Below are positions 28,624 to 37,918 of a stretch of 64,000 nucleotides of DNA, piece by piece. The position numbers were made by a program, and so were the translations under genes. How positions within the stretch are numbered: the stretch's first letter is position 1; every line of letters begins with the position of its first letter. The notes beneath the pieces were generated by a model. It was not told where the DNA came from. It saw nothing but the letters and a program-made list of their open reading frames with translations, and did not search any database. The stretch comes from Acidobacteriaceae bacterium (GTDB lineage Bacteria > Acidobacteriota > Terriglobia > Terriglobales > Acidobacteriaceae): assembly GCA_036272895.1 (NCBI GenBank), contig DATAXW010000001.1, forward strand, positions 1,409 through 65,408, given 5' to 3'.

Positions 28624-29100
28624 AGGGCTGAAGCCCCGTTTGTCGTTGCGGACCTCTTCAGCGGCCTGAGAGGTGCTGCTACTCCGGCCTGCCGTGGCCT
28701 GAACGCTCGGATCATCCGATCGGTTTTGGCGGGAAGGCAGTGATGATCCCATCGGGTTTGCCCGTTCCGGCGATCTTCCGTGCCAGAGGGGCGCCGCTGC
28801 TCCATGCGGAGGACAAATCGTGATCCCGCCGGGGCTGAAGCCCCTGCCCTCCGAGTTGCTTTCAGCGGCCTGAAGGCCGCTGTTAATCCCTATGTTTCGG
28901 TGGATGGAAGGCCGCTGCTAATCCCATGTTTCGGTAGCCTGAAGGCGGCTGCTCCTCCAGCGTCTCAGCGGCCCGACCGTCGCTGTTGCCCGGCGCCTTC
29001 CATGAGCGGAGGGCCGCGGACCGTCGCGCCATTTTCGATGGCCTGACGGCTGCGGCTTATTCACGCGATTCCGGTGGACGAAGGACCGCGCGGGGCGTAT
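28624..29100. repeat. REP doublets plus a degenerate ~35-bp tandem array
   Basis: GGGCTGAAGCCCC at 28625 and 28832; units resembling TTCAGCGGCCTGAAGGCCGCTGYTAATCCC start at 28861, 28896, 28930, 28964, 28998, 29034 and ~29070. Confidence 0.75.
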
Positions 29101-29132
29101 TCCGGCGTCTTCGCTCGGGCGACGATGCTCTG

Positions 29133-31427
29133 CTACAAGCTGCCGAGCGCTTTATTGGCATCGGCCCCGGACTGAGAGGAGGGAGCGAGGCTTACCGCCT
29201 TCTTCAGATGGAGGATGGCGTTGTCCTTCTGCCCCAGCTTCGAATAGATCATGCCCAGGTGATACTCGATCGACGCATCGTTGGAGTCTGTCTTTTCGGC
29301 GTCCTCGAGAACATCCCGCGCCGATCCGTAGATGCCCTTCTTGTAGTAGGCCCAGGCGAGGGTATCGGCTGTGTTGGGCGAGTGCGGCATGGCGCGGCGC
29401 GCCGTCTCGGCGAGCGAGAGCGCGACGTCCGTGTCCTGGCCGCTCTGCAGCATCAGGTAGGCGAGGTTGTTGGCCGCCACCGGCTGATCCGGCTGGATGG
29501 CGAGCGCCTTCTTGTAGGCATCGGTGGCAGCGCCGACGTTGCCCTGGGCCTCCGCGAGGGTGCCGACGATGACGTCTCCGCGAGGATCGTTGGGGTGAGC
29601 ACTGCTCCATCCCTTCCACTTGGCCATCGCCGGAGCCACGTTGCCCTGCGCCACCATCGCGCGGGTGTAGGCCATAATGGCGGCACCGTCGCCGGGATTG
29701 ATCTGCATGGCCTTCTGTGAGGAGTCCAGAGCGCCGGGAACATCCCTTTGCATGAGCTGCAGGGTGGCCAGCTGATCGTAGAGAAGGCTGTTGCGGGGAG
29801 AGCGGCCGATCTGCTGCTCGACAAGATTGATCGCCTTCTGCGGCTGATGCTGAAACAGGTCGTACTCGACGAGGAGTTGAAGCGCGGACAACGAATTGGG
29901 ATTGGCATCAAGAGCCTGCTGCAGGAGCGTAGCGCCCTCGGGGTAACGCTTCTGGTTGAAGCGCAGCTGGCCAAGCTCCACAAGAGCCGTGACGTTCTTC
30001 GGGTCTTTCTGCAGGGCGGTCTCGAAGTCGGCTCCGGCCTGATCCATCTGATTCTGGTGGGCCTCGGTCAGACCTCGCCAGACATATCCGTCCGCATCGT
30101 CAGGATGTTTGGCCAGCAGCTTCTGCGAGAGATCGGCGAGCGTTGGATAGTCTTTATTCTCCAGGGCGACGGTGGCCAGGGCCTTCTGGGCCTCGACGTT
30201 GTCGGGCGCGAGACGAAGCGAATCGCGGAGGTTCTGCTCGGCGCCGGCCAAGTCCCCCTTGGCCTTGTCGGTCTCGCCCAGCCAGAATTTCAATCCGGCG
30301 TTATCCGGCGAGTTCTTGACCGCCTTCGTCAGCAGCGTATAGGCATCATTCACCTTACCGGAGCGCAACAGCAACATTCCGCTGAGCGCCTGCACCTGAG
30401 GATTGTCGCCGTTGCTCTTGTCGAGCTGGTTGGCGATGTCCTGCACCTTGGCGAAGTTTCCCTGCGCCAGCAGGATACGGGCGTAGGCCATCTTGATGGG
30501 AAGACTCTTCGGGTACTTGTTGACGAGGCCGGCATAGACGGAGGATGCGCGGTCGACCTGTCCGGTCTGCATGTAATAGGTCAAGAGCAGATTTGCACCG
30601 GGCTCGGTGTCGTGCAGCTTGTCGGTGGCCTGCGCGAGGGCGGCCTCTGCCTGCTGCTTGTTGCCCTGCCGGTAGTAGATCCCGGAGAGCGTCACCCAGG
30701 CGCGGATGTTCTTGGGGTCGGCCTGCGTCGCTGCCTGGGCCTGCTGGATGGCTCCTGCGGTGTCACCCTTCTTGGCCAGCACGGCCGCAAGCAGGAGATG
30801 AGCGGAGGAATTCTTTGGATCGAGCTCTACGGCCTTCTTCAGCTGATCTTCGCCGGCCTCGGCGGTGGCTGGATTGGAGGCCTGAATGAGGCCGAGCTCG
30901 GCGTGAAAGCCGGCGCGATTGGGGTCCAGCGCCAGGGCCTGCTGAATGTCGGTGAGGGCGGTGTCGTGATCGCCGGCCGACATCGCCACTCCGGCGAGCA
31001 GGCCGTAGGCGTCGGCGTCCTTGGGGTTGATGGCGAGGATGGCCTTGGCCTGCTCCTGCGCCTTTTCCGGCTGGTGGCTGGCGAGAAAGATCTGGCCGAG
31101 ATCGAGCCGCGCCTCGACGTTGTTCGGATCGAGATCGACGGTATGGCGCAGTTCGGTATAACCGGCCAGCATCGATCCTGTCTTGAGATACGCCTTGGCC
31201 AGCTCGAAACGCGCAGCGGCATAGTGAGGATCAATCTTGACGGCGTTGGAGAACTGGATGATGGCTTCCTTCTCTTTGCCCTGCTGCGCGTACTTCTTGC
31301 CGCTGGCGAGATACTTCGCCTTGCGCACGTTCGGGTCGCGGGTGCATCCCTGCACCATCATTGCCAGGATGAGGACCGAAGCTACGGCGGAGAGACGGCT
31401 GATCTTTTTCGCGTTCCAGTTTGTCAT
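29133..31427 (-). CDS. TPR-repeat lipoprotein of the PEP-CTERM/exosortase system (PrsT-like)
   Basis: Lipobox MVQGC; many TPRs; C-terminal AANNLAYL...DTLAWAYY...YHLG; co-directional with epsI and exosortase. Confidence 0.88.
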   Translation of the reverse strand: MTNWNAKKISRLSAVASVLILAMMVQGCTRDPNVRKAKYLASGKKYAQQGKEKEAIIQFSNAVKIDPHYAAARFELAKAYLKTGSMLAGYTELRHTVDLDPNNVEARLDLGQIFLASHQPEKAQEQAKAILAINPKDADAYGLLAGVAMSAGDHDTALTDIQQALALDPNRAGFHAELGLIQASNPATAEAGEDQLKKAVELDPKNSSAHLLLAAVLAKKGDTAGAIQQAQAATQADPKNIRAWVTLSGIYYRQGNKQQAEAALAQATDKLHDTEPGANLLLTYYMQTGQVDRASSVYAGLVNKYPKSLPIKMAYARILLAQGNFAKVQDIANQLDKSNGDNPQVQALSGMLLLRSGKVNDAYTLLTKAVKNSPDNAGLKFWLGETDKAKGDLAGAEQNLRDSLRLAPDNVEAQKALATVALENKDYPTLADLSQKLLAKHPDDADGYVWRGLTEAHQNQMDQAGADFETALQKDPKNVTALVELGQLRFNQKRYPEGATLLQQALDANPNSLSALQLLVEYDLFQHQPQKAINLVEQQIGRSPRNSLLYDQLATLQLMQRDVPGALDSSQKAMQINPGDGAAIMAYTRAMVAQGNVAPAMAKWKGWSSAHPNDPRGDVIVGTLAEAQGNVGAATDAYKKALAIQPDQPVAANNLAYLMLQSGQDTDVALSLAETARRAMPHSPNTADTLAWAYYKKGIYGSARDVLEDAEKTDSNDASIEYHLGMIYSKLGQKDNAILHLKKAVSLAPSSQSGADANKALGSL

Positions 31428-31551
31428 TACAGTTCCTTCCCGGGTTACGTGCGGCGCCGGCTCTCCCGGCAGACCGTTCTGTGTTCGCGTACCCGCATTG
31501 CACCTTTCCATGGGAATCCAATCTCTCCTGAGAGAGAGCGGCAATCAGTCG

Positions 31552-32208
31552 CTAGTTGGGGATAAACCTGGGCAGAAGCGGCGTCATCTTCGCGGTGAAA
31601 TGAATCGCGCGCTGCTGTGCCTGAGCGATGGTCTCCGTGGGCAGCACCGGCGTGACGACGCGAATGAGAGCGCCATCGGTGCGGTTGGAGCGGAGAGCAT
31701 CGAGCATCATGTAGGCCTTGGCCACATAGTCGTTGGCCACGCTGCGGCCGTGAGCGAGGTACCAATAGAGCACAACCTGCCTGCCGTCGGCGTTGCCGAT
31801 CAGATACTCGCCGACCTGCATGACCTTTCCGTCCTCGCCGGTGACGTGGATGACCTGCGAGGAGAGGAAGGACCAGCCGGAGCCGGGCAGGCAGTTCTGC
31901 GGCGAGTGAATGGACTGGCCGGTGCGCTGCGTCGGGAAGTACCCGATGAAGAGAGAGACGGGCACGGTGGCCGCGGCGGCGGCGGGACCTGTCCGCGTGT
32001 AGACGCGATTGAGAAAGCGGCCGTCGCCGAGAACGTCGAGGGTCGCCTGATCGAGCGGGATGTCCTGGCCTGTCCAGGAGCCGATCGTCTCGGGCATCAG
32101 GGTGAGCGGAGGCGTCGGGGGCACGCGGTCGACGTCACCGCGCAGATGCAGGGTGACGAAACAGCCGAAGAGCAGGAGAACGACTACCCAAAAGCGTAAG
32201 GACTTCAT
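31552..32208 (-). CDS. epsI: EpsI-family exosortase-associated protein
   Basis: SLFIGYF, IHSPQNCLPGSGW, VVLYWY, RTDGALIRV motifs. Confidence 0.92.
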   Translation of the reverse strand: MKSLRFWVVVLLLFGCFVTLHLRGDVDRVPPTPPLTLMPETIGSWTGQDIPLDQATLDVLGDGRFLNRVYTRTGPAAAAATVPVSLFIGYFPTQRTGQSIHSPQNCLPGSGWSFLSSQVIHVTGEDGKVMQVGEYLIGNADGRQVVLYWYLAHGRSVANDYVAKAYMMLDALRSNRTDGALIRVVTPVLPTETIAQAQQRAIHFTAKMTPLLPRFIPN

Positions 32209-33137
32209 GCGGATCTCCTGGCATGCCGCTGCTTGCTGAGCCGCTGCTGCATCTGCATGGCGGAGTGGAGAAAGTAGAGACAGATGAGACAGACCACGAA
32301 GATCAGCCAGCCGGAGAACTCATGAAAGAAGCCGAGCGCCTTGTTGGGATCCCAATACTGGACGGCGAGGCCGGTGCCGACGATCCGAACGCCGTTGGCG
32401 AAGACCGCGATGGGAATGCTGGCCAGCGCGAGGATGAGGCGACGCTTGGGGCTGGGCTCGAGGAAGTATCCGTAGAAGATGGCCGCGGTGAGAAGACTCA
32501 TCAGGGAACGAATGCCGCTGCAGGCCTCGGCTACTTCAAGCTGCATTGAAGGAAGCTGAATGATGTTGCCGTCGCGGAGTACGGGAACGCCGAAGAGCGG
32601 CAGCGCGGCGCTGGCGAACTTCGAGGCCAGGATCTGCAGAGGGAAGGTGATCTGGTTGTAGATCACGGCCGGCAAAGGAACGGCCAAGAGGAGAACGAGC
32701 AGCGGAAAGCGGAGCTCGCGGAGAAAGGCTCGGCCGGCAAGGGTCCAGATGAGGCCGCCGAACAGCATGATCAGGGAGAGACGAGAGAGGAAGAGTTCGG
32801 CGCCATAGACCCCGAGAAATAGAGTGAAGATGGAGGCGACCACCAACAGGACGCCGGCCCAGCTCGGCTTAACGGGGATCTGACGCAGCGCATCACGCTT
32901 CTTCCAGATCAGGAATGCGGAAAACAGAGGCACGAGAAAGCCGTGCGAGAAGTCTGGATTGCTGTACCAGTCGTAGACGAGCTTTGCGACGACTCCGTAG
33001 TAGATAGCTACGATCAGGGCAGCAAGAAGAATCAGGGGAAGCCAGCGCTTCCACGCGGAACGTAGCGGGGGCATCGCGCGTGGCCCTCGTTCGGGCGCAG
33101 CGGGAGCGGGATGTACAGCTGGTTGGGTGACCAACAT
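32205..33137 (-). CDS. xrt: Exosortase (EpsH family)
   Basis: SHGFLVP; catalytic triad context VAEACSGIRS, ANGVRI, FFHEFSGW; 8 TM segments. ATG 33137 chosen because it lies downstream of the sigma-54 site. Confidence 0.95.
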   Translation of the reverse strand: MLVTQPAVHPAPAAPERGPRAMPPLRSAWKRWLPLILLAALIVAIYYGVVAKLVYDWYSNPDFSHGFLVPLFSAFLIWKKRDALRQIPVKPSWAGVLLVVASIFTLFLGVYGAELFLSRLSLIMLFGGLIWTLAGRAFLRELRFPLLVLLLAVPLPAVIYNQITFPLQILASKFASAALPLFGVPVLRDGNIIQLPSMQLEVAEACSGIRSLMSLLTAAIFYGYFLEPSPKRRLILALASIPIAVFANGVRIVGTGLAVQYWDPNKALGFFHEFSGWLIFVVCLICLYFLHSAMQMQQRLSKQRHARRSA

Positions 33138-33163
33138 GCTTTTGAGGTCCTCAAGGAAGTGCA

Positions 33164-33180
33164 AGCAATTTTAATGCCGC
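33164..33180 (-). promoter_or_regulatory. Sigma-54 promoter for the exosortase-epsI-TPR operon
   Basis: Minus strand CGGCATTAAAATTGCT = GG-N10-GC, about 28 bp upstream of ATG 33137. Confidence 0.75.
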
Positions 33181-33229
33181 ACAGAACCGTGTACTTCCCT
33201 TAGGCTACTTCACGTCACGCAAAAACAAA

Positions 33230-33270
33230 TGAGAATCTTCTTGCACAAGAGTGGCAAAGTTTTTCCCACT
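33230..33270. promoter_or_regulatory. Putative shared enhancer (UAS) between divergent sigma-54 promoters
   Basis: TGAGAATCTTCTTGCACA resembles the 27681 palindrome; the adjacent ACAAGAGTGGCAAAGTTTTTCC nearly recurs at 42854-42874. Confidence 0.6.
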
Positions 33271-33416
33271 TTTGGGTCTTTGCGCTCGCGTAATAATAGA
33301 ACCTTCATGGGGGCTATGGGCCGGACTGGACGCAGGAAGCTCTGGACACTAGGCCAGACCGCATGTTCCGAACCGTGCCGCAATTGTCGGAGCTTCAGGA
33401 GCTCTTTTGCTGCCGT

Positions 33417-33433
33417 TTGGCAATCGTTGTGCT
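33417..33433 (+). promoter_or_regulatory. Sigma-54 promoter for the polysaccharide export operon
   Basis: TTGGCAATCGTTGTGCT = GG(33419)-N10-GC(33431), followed by GAGGA and GTG 33460. Confidence 0.7.
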
Positions 33434-33459
33434 TACAGCCTTGGTTGAGGAAGTGTTTT

Positions 33460-34146
33460 GTGACGGTATCCTATCCGAAGAGTGCGGCAGTACGATGCAG
33501 TTTGGCCCGATCCCTGGCCATAGGGTTCATTCTCGCCATGGGTTTTGGAGGGGTCGCCTCCTATGGACAGGCGGCGAAGCCTATCCTCACGCCGGCCCCG
33601 GCACCCCCGTCTTCCGCCCCAGCTCCACCCCAAGCCCCGGTGAATACAAATCAGACGGTGGATACCTCTACCTATGTAATTGGCCCGGAAGATGTTCTGC
33701 AGGTCACGGTATGGAAGGAGCCGACCTTATCGGGGAGCTTCCCGGTACGGCCCGATGGGATGATCTCGATGGTGCTCCTGGGCGATGTAAAGGCGGCCGG
33801 ACTGACACCTATGCAGCTGAGCGCGAACCTGACCACACAGCTCAAGAAGTATGTTCAGGATCCGCTTGTAACTGTACTGGTACAGGCGGTTAACAGCCAG
33901 AGGGTTTACATCGTAGGCGAGGTCGGCCACGTCGGACCGGTTCCGCTTACGCCGGGCATGAGCCCACTTCAGGCGATTGCAGAGGCGGGCGGTCTGACTC
34001 CTTACGCCAAGCAGAAGCACATCTACATTCTGCGTGGCCCGCAGGGTAAGCAGCAGAAGATCTTCTACAACTACAAGAAAGCAATGCGCGGGGAAGGAAA
34101 GCAGGACATCGCGCTGCTTCCCGGGGATACGGTCGTGGTTCCATGA
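33460..34146 (+). CDS. Polysaccharide export protein, short periplasmic OPX (Wza-like)
   Basis: YVIGPEDVLQVTVW, VRPDGMIS, VYIVGEV, LLPGDTVVVP; no lipobox and no C-terminal membrane helix; GTG start with RBS. Confidence 0.9.
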   Translation: MTVSYPKSAAVRCSLARSLAIGFILAMGFGGVASYGQAAKPILTPAPAPPSSAPAPPQAPVNTNQTVDTSTYVIGPEDVLQVTVWKEPTLSGSFPVRPDGMISMVLLGDVKAAGLTPMQLSANLTTQLKKYVQDPLVTVLVQAVNSQRVYIVGEVGHVGPVPLTPGMSPLQAIAEAGGLTPYAKQKHIYILRGPQGKQQKIFYNYKKAMRGEGKQDIALLPGDTVVVP

Positions 34147-35447
34147 GGAAGCTCGCAAAAGAGGCTCTGGCTCTTGCTCTGATCTGGCCGACGGCCGGCT
34201 TTATGGCTGCGGCACAGACGTCGACCTCTGCCCAGGTGTCCAACACGATGCCGACAGCGAACTTTGGGTTCAACCTCCCGACCAGCCTGGGGACGCTCAG
34301 CTATTCTTTGACCGCCTCTGAGTTCGTCAGGACGGGCTATGAGTCCCGGGGTGTTTATGCGAGCACCTCAGGAGGCGGCAATCTGGCCTATCTCTCGAAG
34401 AGCGAGAGGAGCCCGTTCAGCCTGGTGTATTCGGGCGGCTTCATTCATTCCGACATTCCTGGTCAGGGAGAGAATGAGACCTATCAGGACCTCTCCTTTT
34501 CGCAGGTGATGCGGACCAAGGCCTGGGTCTACGTGATCTCGGACGCATTCAGCTATCTGCCGGAGTCTCCGACGACGGGACTGTCCGGCATCGCCGGGGT
34601 GGGCGACGTTGGAATCCCTCCGGTACAGACGGGCATTGGACCGCCTCAGGACATTCTGAGCGACTATGGGCGGCGAATCTCCAACGGCCTGGACGGGAGC
34701 GCGACGTGGCAGGTTGGAAGCAGCACCGAGCTTGAGGGTTCAGCCCGCTGGGGAATCTTTCGATTCCCGGGCTCTTCGAACTCCGGGTTGGATACAAACC
34801 AGTATTCCGCCACGTTTGGACCGACGTATCGCATCAATGCCCTGAGCTCGATTGGCGCGGATGCATACTATTCGCGGGAGAACTACCCCGGTTACGCGGG
34901 CGCGGTCATCGAATCCGACGGCGTTACCGTGACGTACAACCGCAACTGGTCACGTCTCATAAGCACGAGCGTCGGTCTGGGGCCGGAGAAGACCCACGGC
35001 GAGGGGTTCGGCACATTTCCTTCGCGGCTGAACCTGAGCGCAAGCGGGAGTGTGAACTATGCCGGACGGCAGTTCGGCGCCTATCTCAACTACAGCCGGG
35101 GTACCAATGGAGGCGGCGGGGTTTTGGCCGGAGCCTTCTCGGACCGGGTGACCATCGGCGCCACACGTCCGGTGGGCCGGGACTGGTCGGTGGGAGTCGA
35201 CGGTTCCTATGCGAGGAGCGTCGCTCTGTTCACGATCGGCAATCTTCAAACCCGCGCGCAGAGTATCTATGGCGGGATGCAGATGTCCCGGCGGCTCACC
35301 GAGTCCCTGTCCTGTTACGTCAGCGATACGGTCATCGATCAGTCTCTTTACGACCCCCTGGGGGCAGTCAATGCGTTCTCCGGGGTCAGTGACACAGTCG
35401 GGTTCGGCATCACCTTTTCACCGCCCCCTCTTCATCGCCCTCGGTAG
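34143..35447 (+). CDS. Outer-membrane beta-barrel protein associated with EPS export
   Basis: Signal peptide; alternating Tyr/Gly/Ser-rich strands ending VGFGITF; ATGA overlap with the OPX gene; lies between OPX and co-polymerase. Confidence 0.7.
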   Translation: MRKLAKEALALALIWPTAGFMAAAQTSTSAQVSNTMPTANFGFNLPTSLGTLSYSLTASEFVRTGYESRGVYASTSGGGNLAYLSKSERSPFSLVYSGGFIHSDIPGQGENETYQDLSFSQVMRTKAWVYVISDAFSYLPESPTTGLSGIAGVGDVGIPPVQTGIGPPQDILSDYGRRISNGLDGSATWQVGSSTELEGSARWGIFRFPGSSNSGLDTNQYSATFGPTYRINALSSIGADAYYSRENYPGYAGAVIESDGVTVTYNRNWSRLISTSVGLGPEKTHGEGFGTFPSRLNLSASGSVNYAGRQFGAYLNYSRGTNGGGGVLAGAFSDRVTIGATRPVGRDWSVGVDGSYARSVALFTIGNLQTRAQSIYGGMQMSRRLTESLSCYVSDTVIDQSLYDPLGAVNAFSGVSDTVGFGITFSPPPLHRPR

Positions 35448-35456
35448 GTATTGCTT

Positions 35457-36989
35457 ATGCTCAGTCATCGAACATTTACGCTGGAAGACTATCTCACCAT
35501 CCTGAAACGGCGCTGGTGGATGATCATGATTCCCTTGGTCATTCTGCCGCTCGTCGCGCTTGCGGTCAGCTATCGGATGACGCCGGTTTATACATCGCAG
35601 ACACTGGTGCTGATCGAACAGCAGAAGGTGCCGGACACCTATGTGAAGCCGGTAGTGGCCGAGGACATCGATAGCCGCCTCGCCTCCATGCAGGAACAGA
35701 TCCTGAGCCGTTCGCGGCTGCAGCCGATCATTGAGCGGTTCAACCTTGGCGACCCCAAATCGTCTATGGACGATCGTATCGACGCCACGCGGAAGGCGAT
35801 TACGATCAAGACCATTCATTCCGAGATCGCCGGCGCCGGCGGTCTGCCCGGCTTCTTTATCTCCTTTGAGGCGCGCGATCCGCACACGGCCCAGGCGGTG
35901 TGCCGCGAGATCACGTCGCTGTTCCTGACGGAGAACCTGCGGGCACGGGAGCAATCCGCGGAAGGCACGACGGAGTTTCTCAAGGAACAGCTGAACGACG
36001 CCAAGAGCAGCCTGGATGCCCAGGACGCGAAGCTGGCCGCCTTCCAGCGCCAGAATATCGGCGCGCTTCCGGACGATCAGGCCGGCAACATGAACATGCT
36101 CACCACGCTCAGCACGCAGCTGGATGCGGCCACGCAGTCCCTCGGCCGGTTGGAGCAGGAGAGATCGTATCGGGAGGCGCTGCTTTCACAGGTCGGAGGC
36201 GAGCTTGTGGATACCTCGACGCCGGGCCATCCCGCGCAGCATGCAGCGGCGCAGGCAACGCCGGATCAGGCCAAGGAACTGCAGCAGCTGCAGACGCAAG
36301 AGACAGAGCTCAACGCACACTACACTCCGGACTACCCTGACGTCATCGCGGTGAAGCGAGAGATTCAGGACCTGAAGAGTGAGATTGCGAAGAATTCGAC
36401 GACGACAGTCGGGCCGACGGGGACTCCTGTTCGCACCGTGCCTCCAGCCGTCCAGCAGCTTCGGCTGCAGATCGGCGCGCTGGACGATTCTCTCCAGCAG
36501 AAGCGGCGGGAGCAGGGCGGCATTCAGCACCAGATCGCGATTTATCAGGGCCGTATACAGGCCAGTCCGCTGGTGGCGGCCCAGTACAAAGAGCTGACGC
36601 GTGACTATCAAACGGCACAGCAGTTCTATGACAGCCTTCTGGCTAAGATGAACCAGTCGCAGATGGCCACCGATCTCGAACGACAGCAGGAGGGAGAGCA
36701 GTTCCGAGTCATGGATGACGCAAATCTTCCGGATGACCCCACCTTCCCGAAGCCTGGGGTCTTTGCCGCCGGCGGTCTGGCAGCGGGGCTGGTGATTGGG
36801 ATCCTGCTAGTGGCTTTCTTTGAGTATCGCGACAAGTCGCTGCGGACCGAACGCGATGTGTGGGCGTTCACGAAGCTGCCGACGCTGGGCATCATTGCTC
36901 TCAACACAACGCTGGAACCGCCGCATCGCAAGTGGTATCAGCGCCGGCCTAAGGCGGCAGACGAGCCGCTTGTGAATGTGGGTGGCTAA
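35457..36989 (+). CDS. Polysaccharide co-polymerase / chain-length determinant (Wzc N-terminal part, GumC-like)
   Basis: Two TM segments flanking a coiled coil; YTPDYPDV, ELTRDY, GEQFRVMDDANLP. Confidence 0.92.
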   Translation: MLSHRTFTLEDYLTILKRRWWMIMIPLVILPLVALAVSYRMTPVYTSQTLVLIEQQKVPDTYVKPVVAEDIDSRLASMQEQILSRSRLQPIIERFNLGDPKSSMDDRIDATRKAITIKTIHSEIAGAGGLPGFFISFEARDPHTAQAVCREITSLFLTENLRAREQSAEGTTEFLKEQLNDAKSSLDAQDAKLAAFQRQNIGALPDDQAGNMNMLTTLSTQLDAATQSLGRLEQERSYREALLSQVGGELVDTSTPGHPAQHAAAQATPDQAKELQQLQTQETELNAHYTPDYPDVIAVKREIQDLKSEIAKNSTTTVGPTGTPVRTVPPAVQQLRLQIGALDDSLQQKRREQGGIQHQIAIYQGRIQASPLVAAQYKELTRDYQTAQQFYDSLLAKMNQSQMATDLERQQEGEQFRVMDDANLPDDPTFPKPGVFAAGGLAAGLVIGILLVAFFEYRDKSLRTERDVWAFTKLPTLGIIALNTTLEPPHRKWYQRRPKAADEPLVNVGG

Positions 36990-36991
36990 CC

Positions 36992-37918
36992 ATGTATAGA
37001 AAGTTCTTCGGTCTCCAGAGCAGTCCGTTCGGCACCAGTCCGGATCCCCGGTTTCTGTACATGATGCCGCACACCCGCGAGGTGCTCGCAGGGCTGGAGT
37101 ATGGAATCTTCGCCCGCAAGGGCTTCACCGTGCTCACGGGCGAGGTGGGTACAGGCAAGACCACGATCCTTAGGCGAGCGCTGGGTTCGCTCAGCCAGGA
37201 GCGCGTCTACACGTCGTTCGTATTCAATCCACTGCTGGAGCCGCTCGATTTTCTGGAGTTTGTGCTCTCCGATTTCGGCCTGACGCCGGCGTCGCGCACA
37301 AAGTCCGGCATGCTGCTGCAGCTGAATCGCTGGCTGATCGAGCGCTTCCGCATGAATGAGACCTGCGTGGTTGTGGTCGACGAGGCGCAGAACCTGTCGT
37401 GGGAGCTGCTGGAGGAGATTCGGCTTCTGACGAACCTGGAGTCGTCGTCGGAGAAGCTGCTTCAGATCGTGCTCTCCGGTCAGCCGGAGCTTGAGGAGAA
37501 GCTGCGGCACCCGAGCGTTCGCCAGCTTCGTCAGCGCATCTTTCTGTGGTGCAGGACGCAGCCGCTGAATATCGACCAGACGGGTGAGTATATCGTCGAG
37601 CGGCTGCGGATCGCCGGCGCATCGCGCCCGCTGTTTACTCCGGAGGCTGCACGGCTGATCCATCAGCATAGCCGTGGGATTCCGCGGCTGATCAACCTGA
37701 TCTGCGAGCACGCTTTGATTCTTGGTTACGTCGAACAGGCGCAGGAGGTCTCTGCTGCAATGATCGATTCGGTTGCCGCGGATCTGGAGCTGGAGATGCA
37801 ATCGTTCCTGATTCCCCCGAGTGAACAGATTCAGGAAGCACGGGCCCGCATGTCCCCTGGCGAGGCCGCAAGCCCCATCCGAGTCTTTGGTGGAACGGCA
37901 GAAAGGCAAGTCCGATGA
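36992..37918 (+). CDS. ExeA-like AAA ATPase associated with PEP-CTERM/EPS loci
   Basis: MYRKFFGL..PF..SPDPRFLY; TGEVGTGKT; VVDEAQNL; SGQPEL; GIPRLINLIC. Confidence 0.9.
   Translation: MYRKFFGLQSSPFGTSPDPRFLYMMPHTREVLAGLEYGIFARKGFTVLTGEVGTGKTTILRRALGSLSQERVYTSFVFNPLLEPLDFLEFVLSDFGLTPASRTKSGMLLQLNRWLIERFRMNETCVVVVDEAQNLSWELLEEIRLLTNLESSSEKLLQIVLSGQPELEEKLRHPSVRQLRQRIFLWCRTQPLNIDQTGEYIVERLRIAGASRPLFTPEAARLIHQHSRGIPRLINLICEHALILGYVEQAQEVSAAMIDSVAADLELEMQSFLIPPSEQIQEARARMSPGEAASPIRVFGGTAERQVR

Noticed and set aside
28861-29100. Possible CRISPR array
   Set aside because: Units abut with no unique spacers, are highly degenerate and match dispersed REP hairpins; no cas genes in the window.
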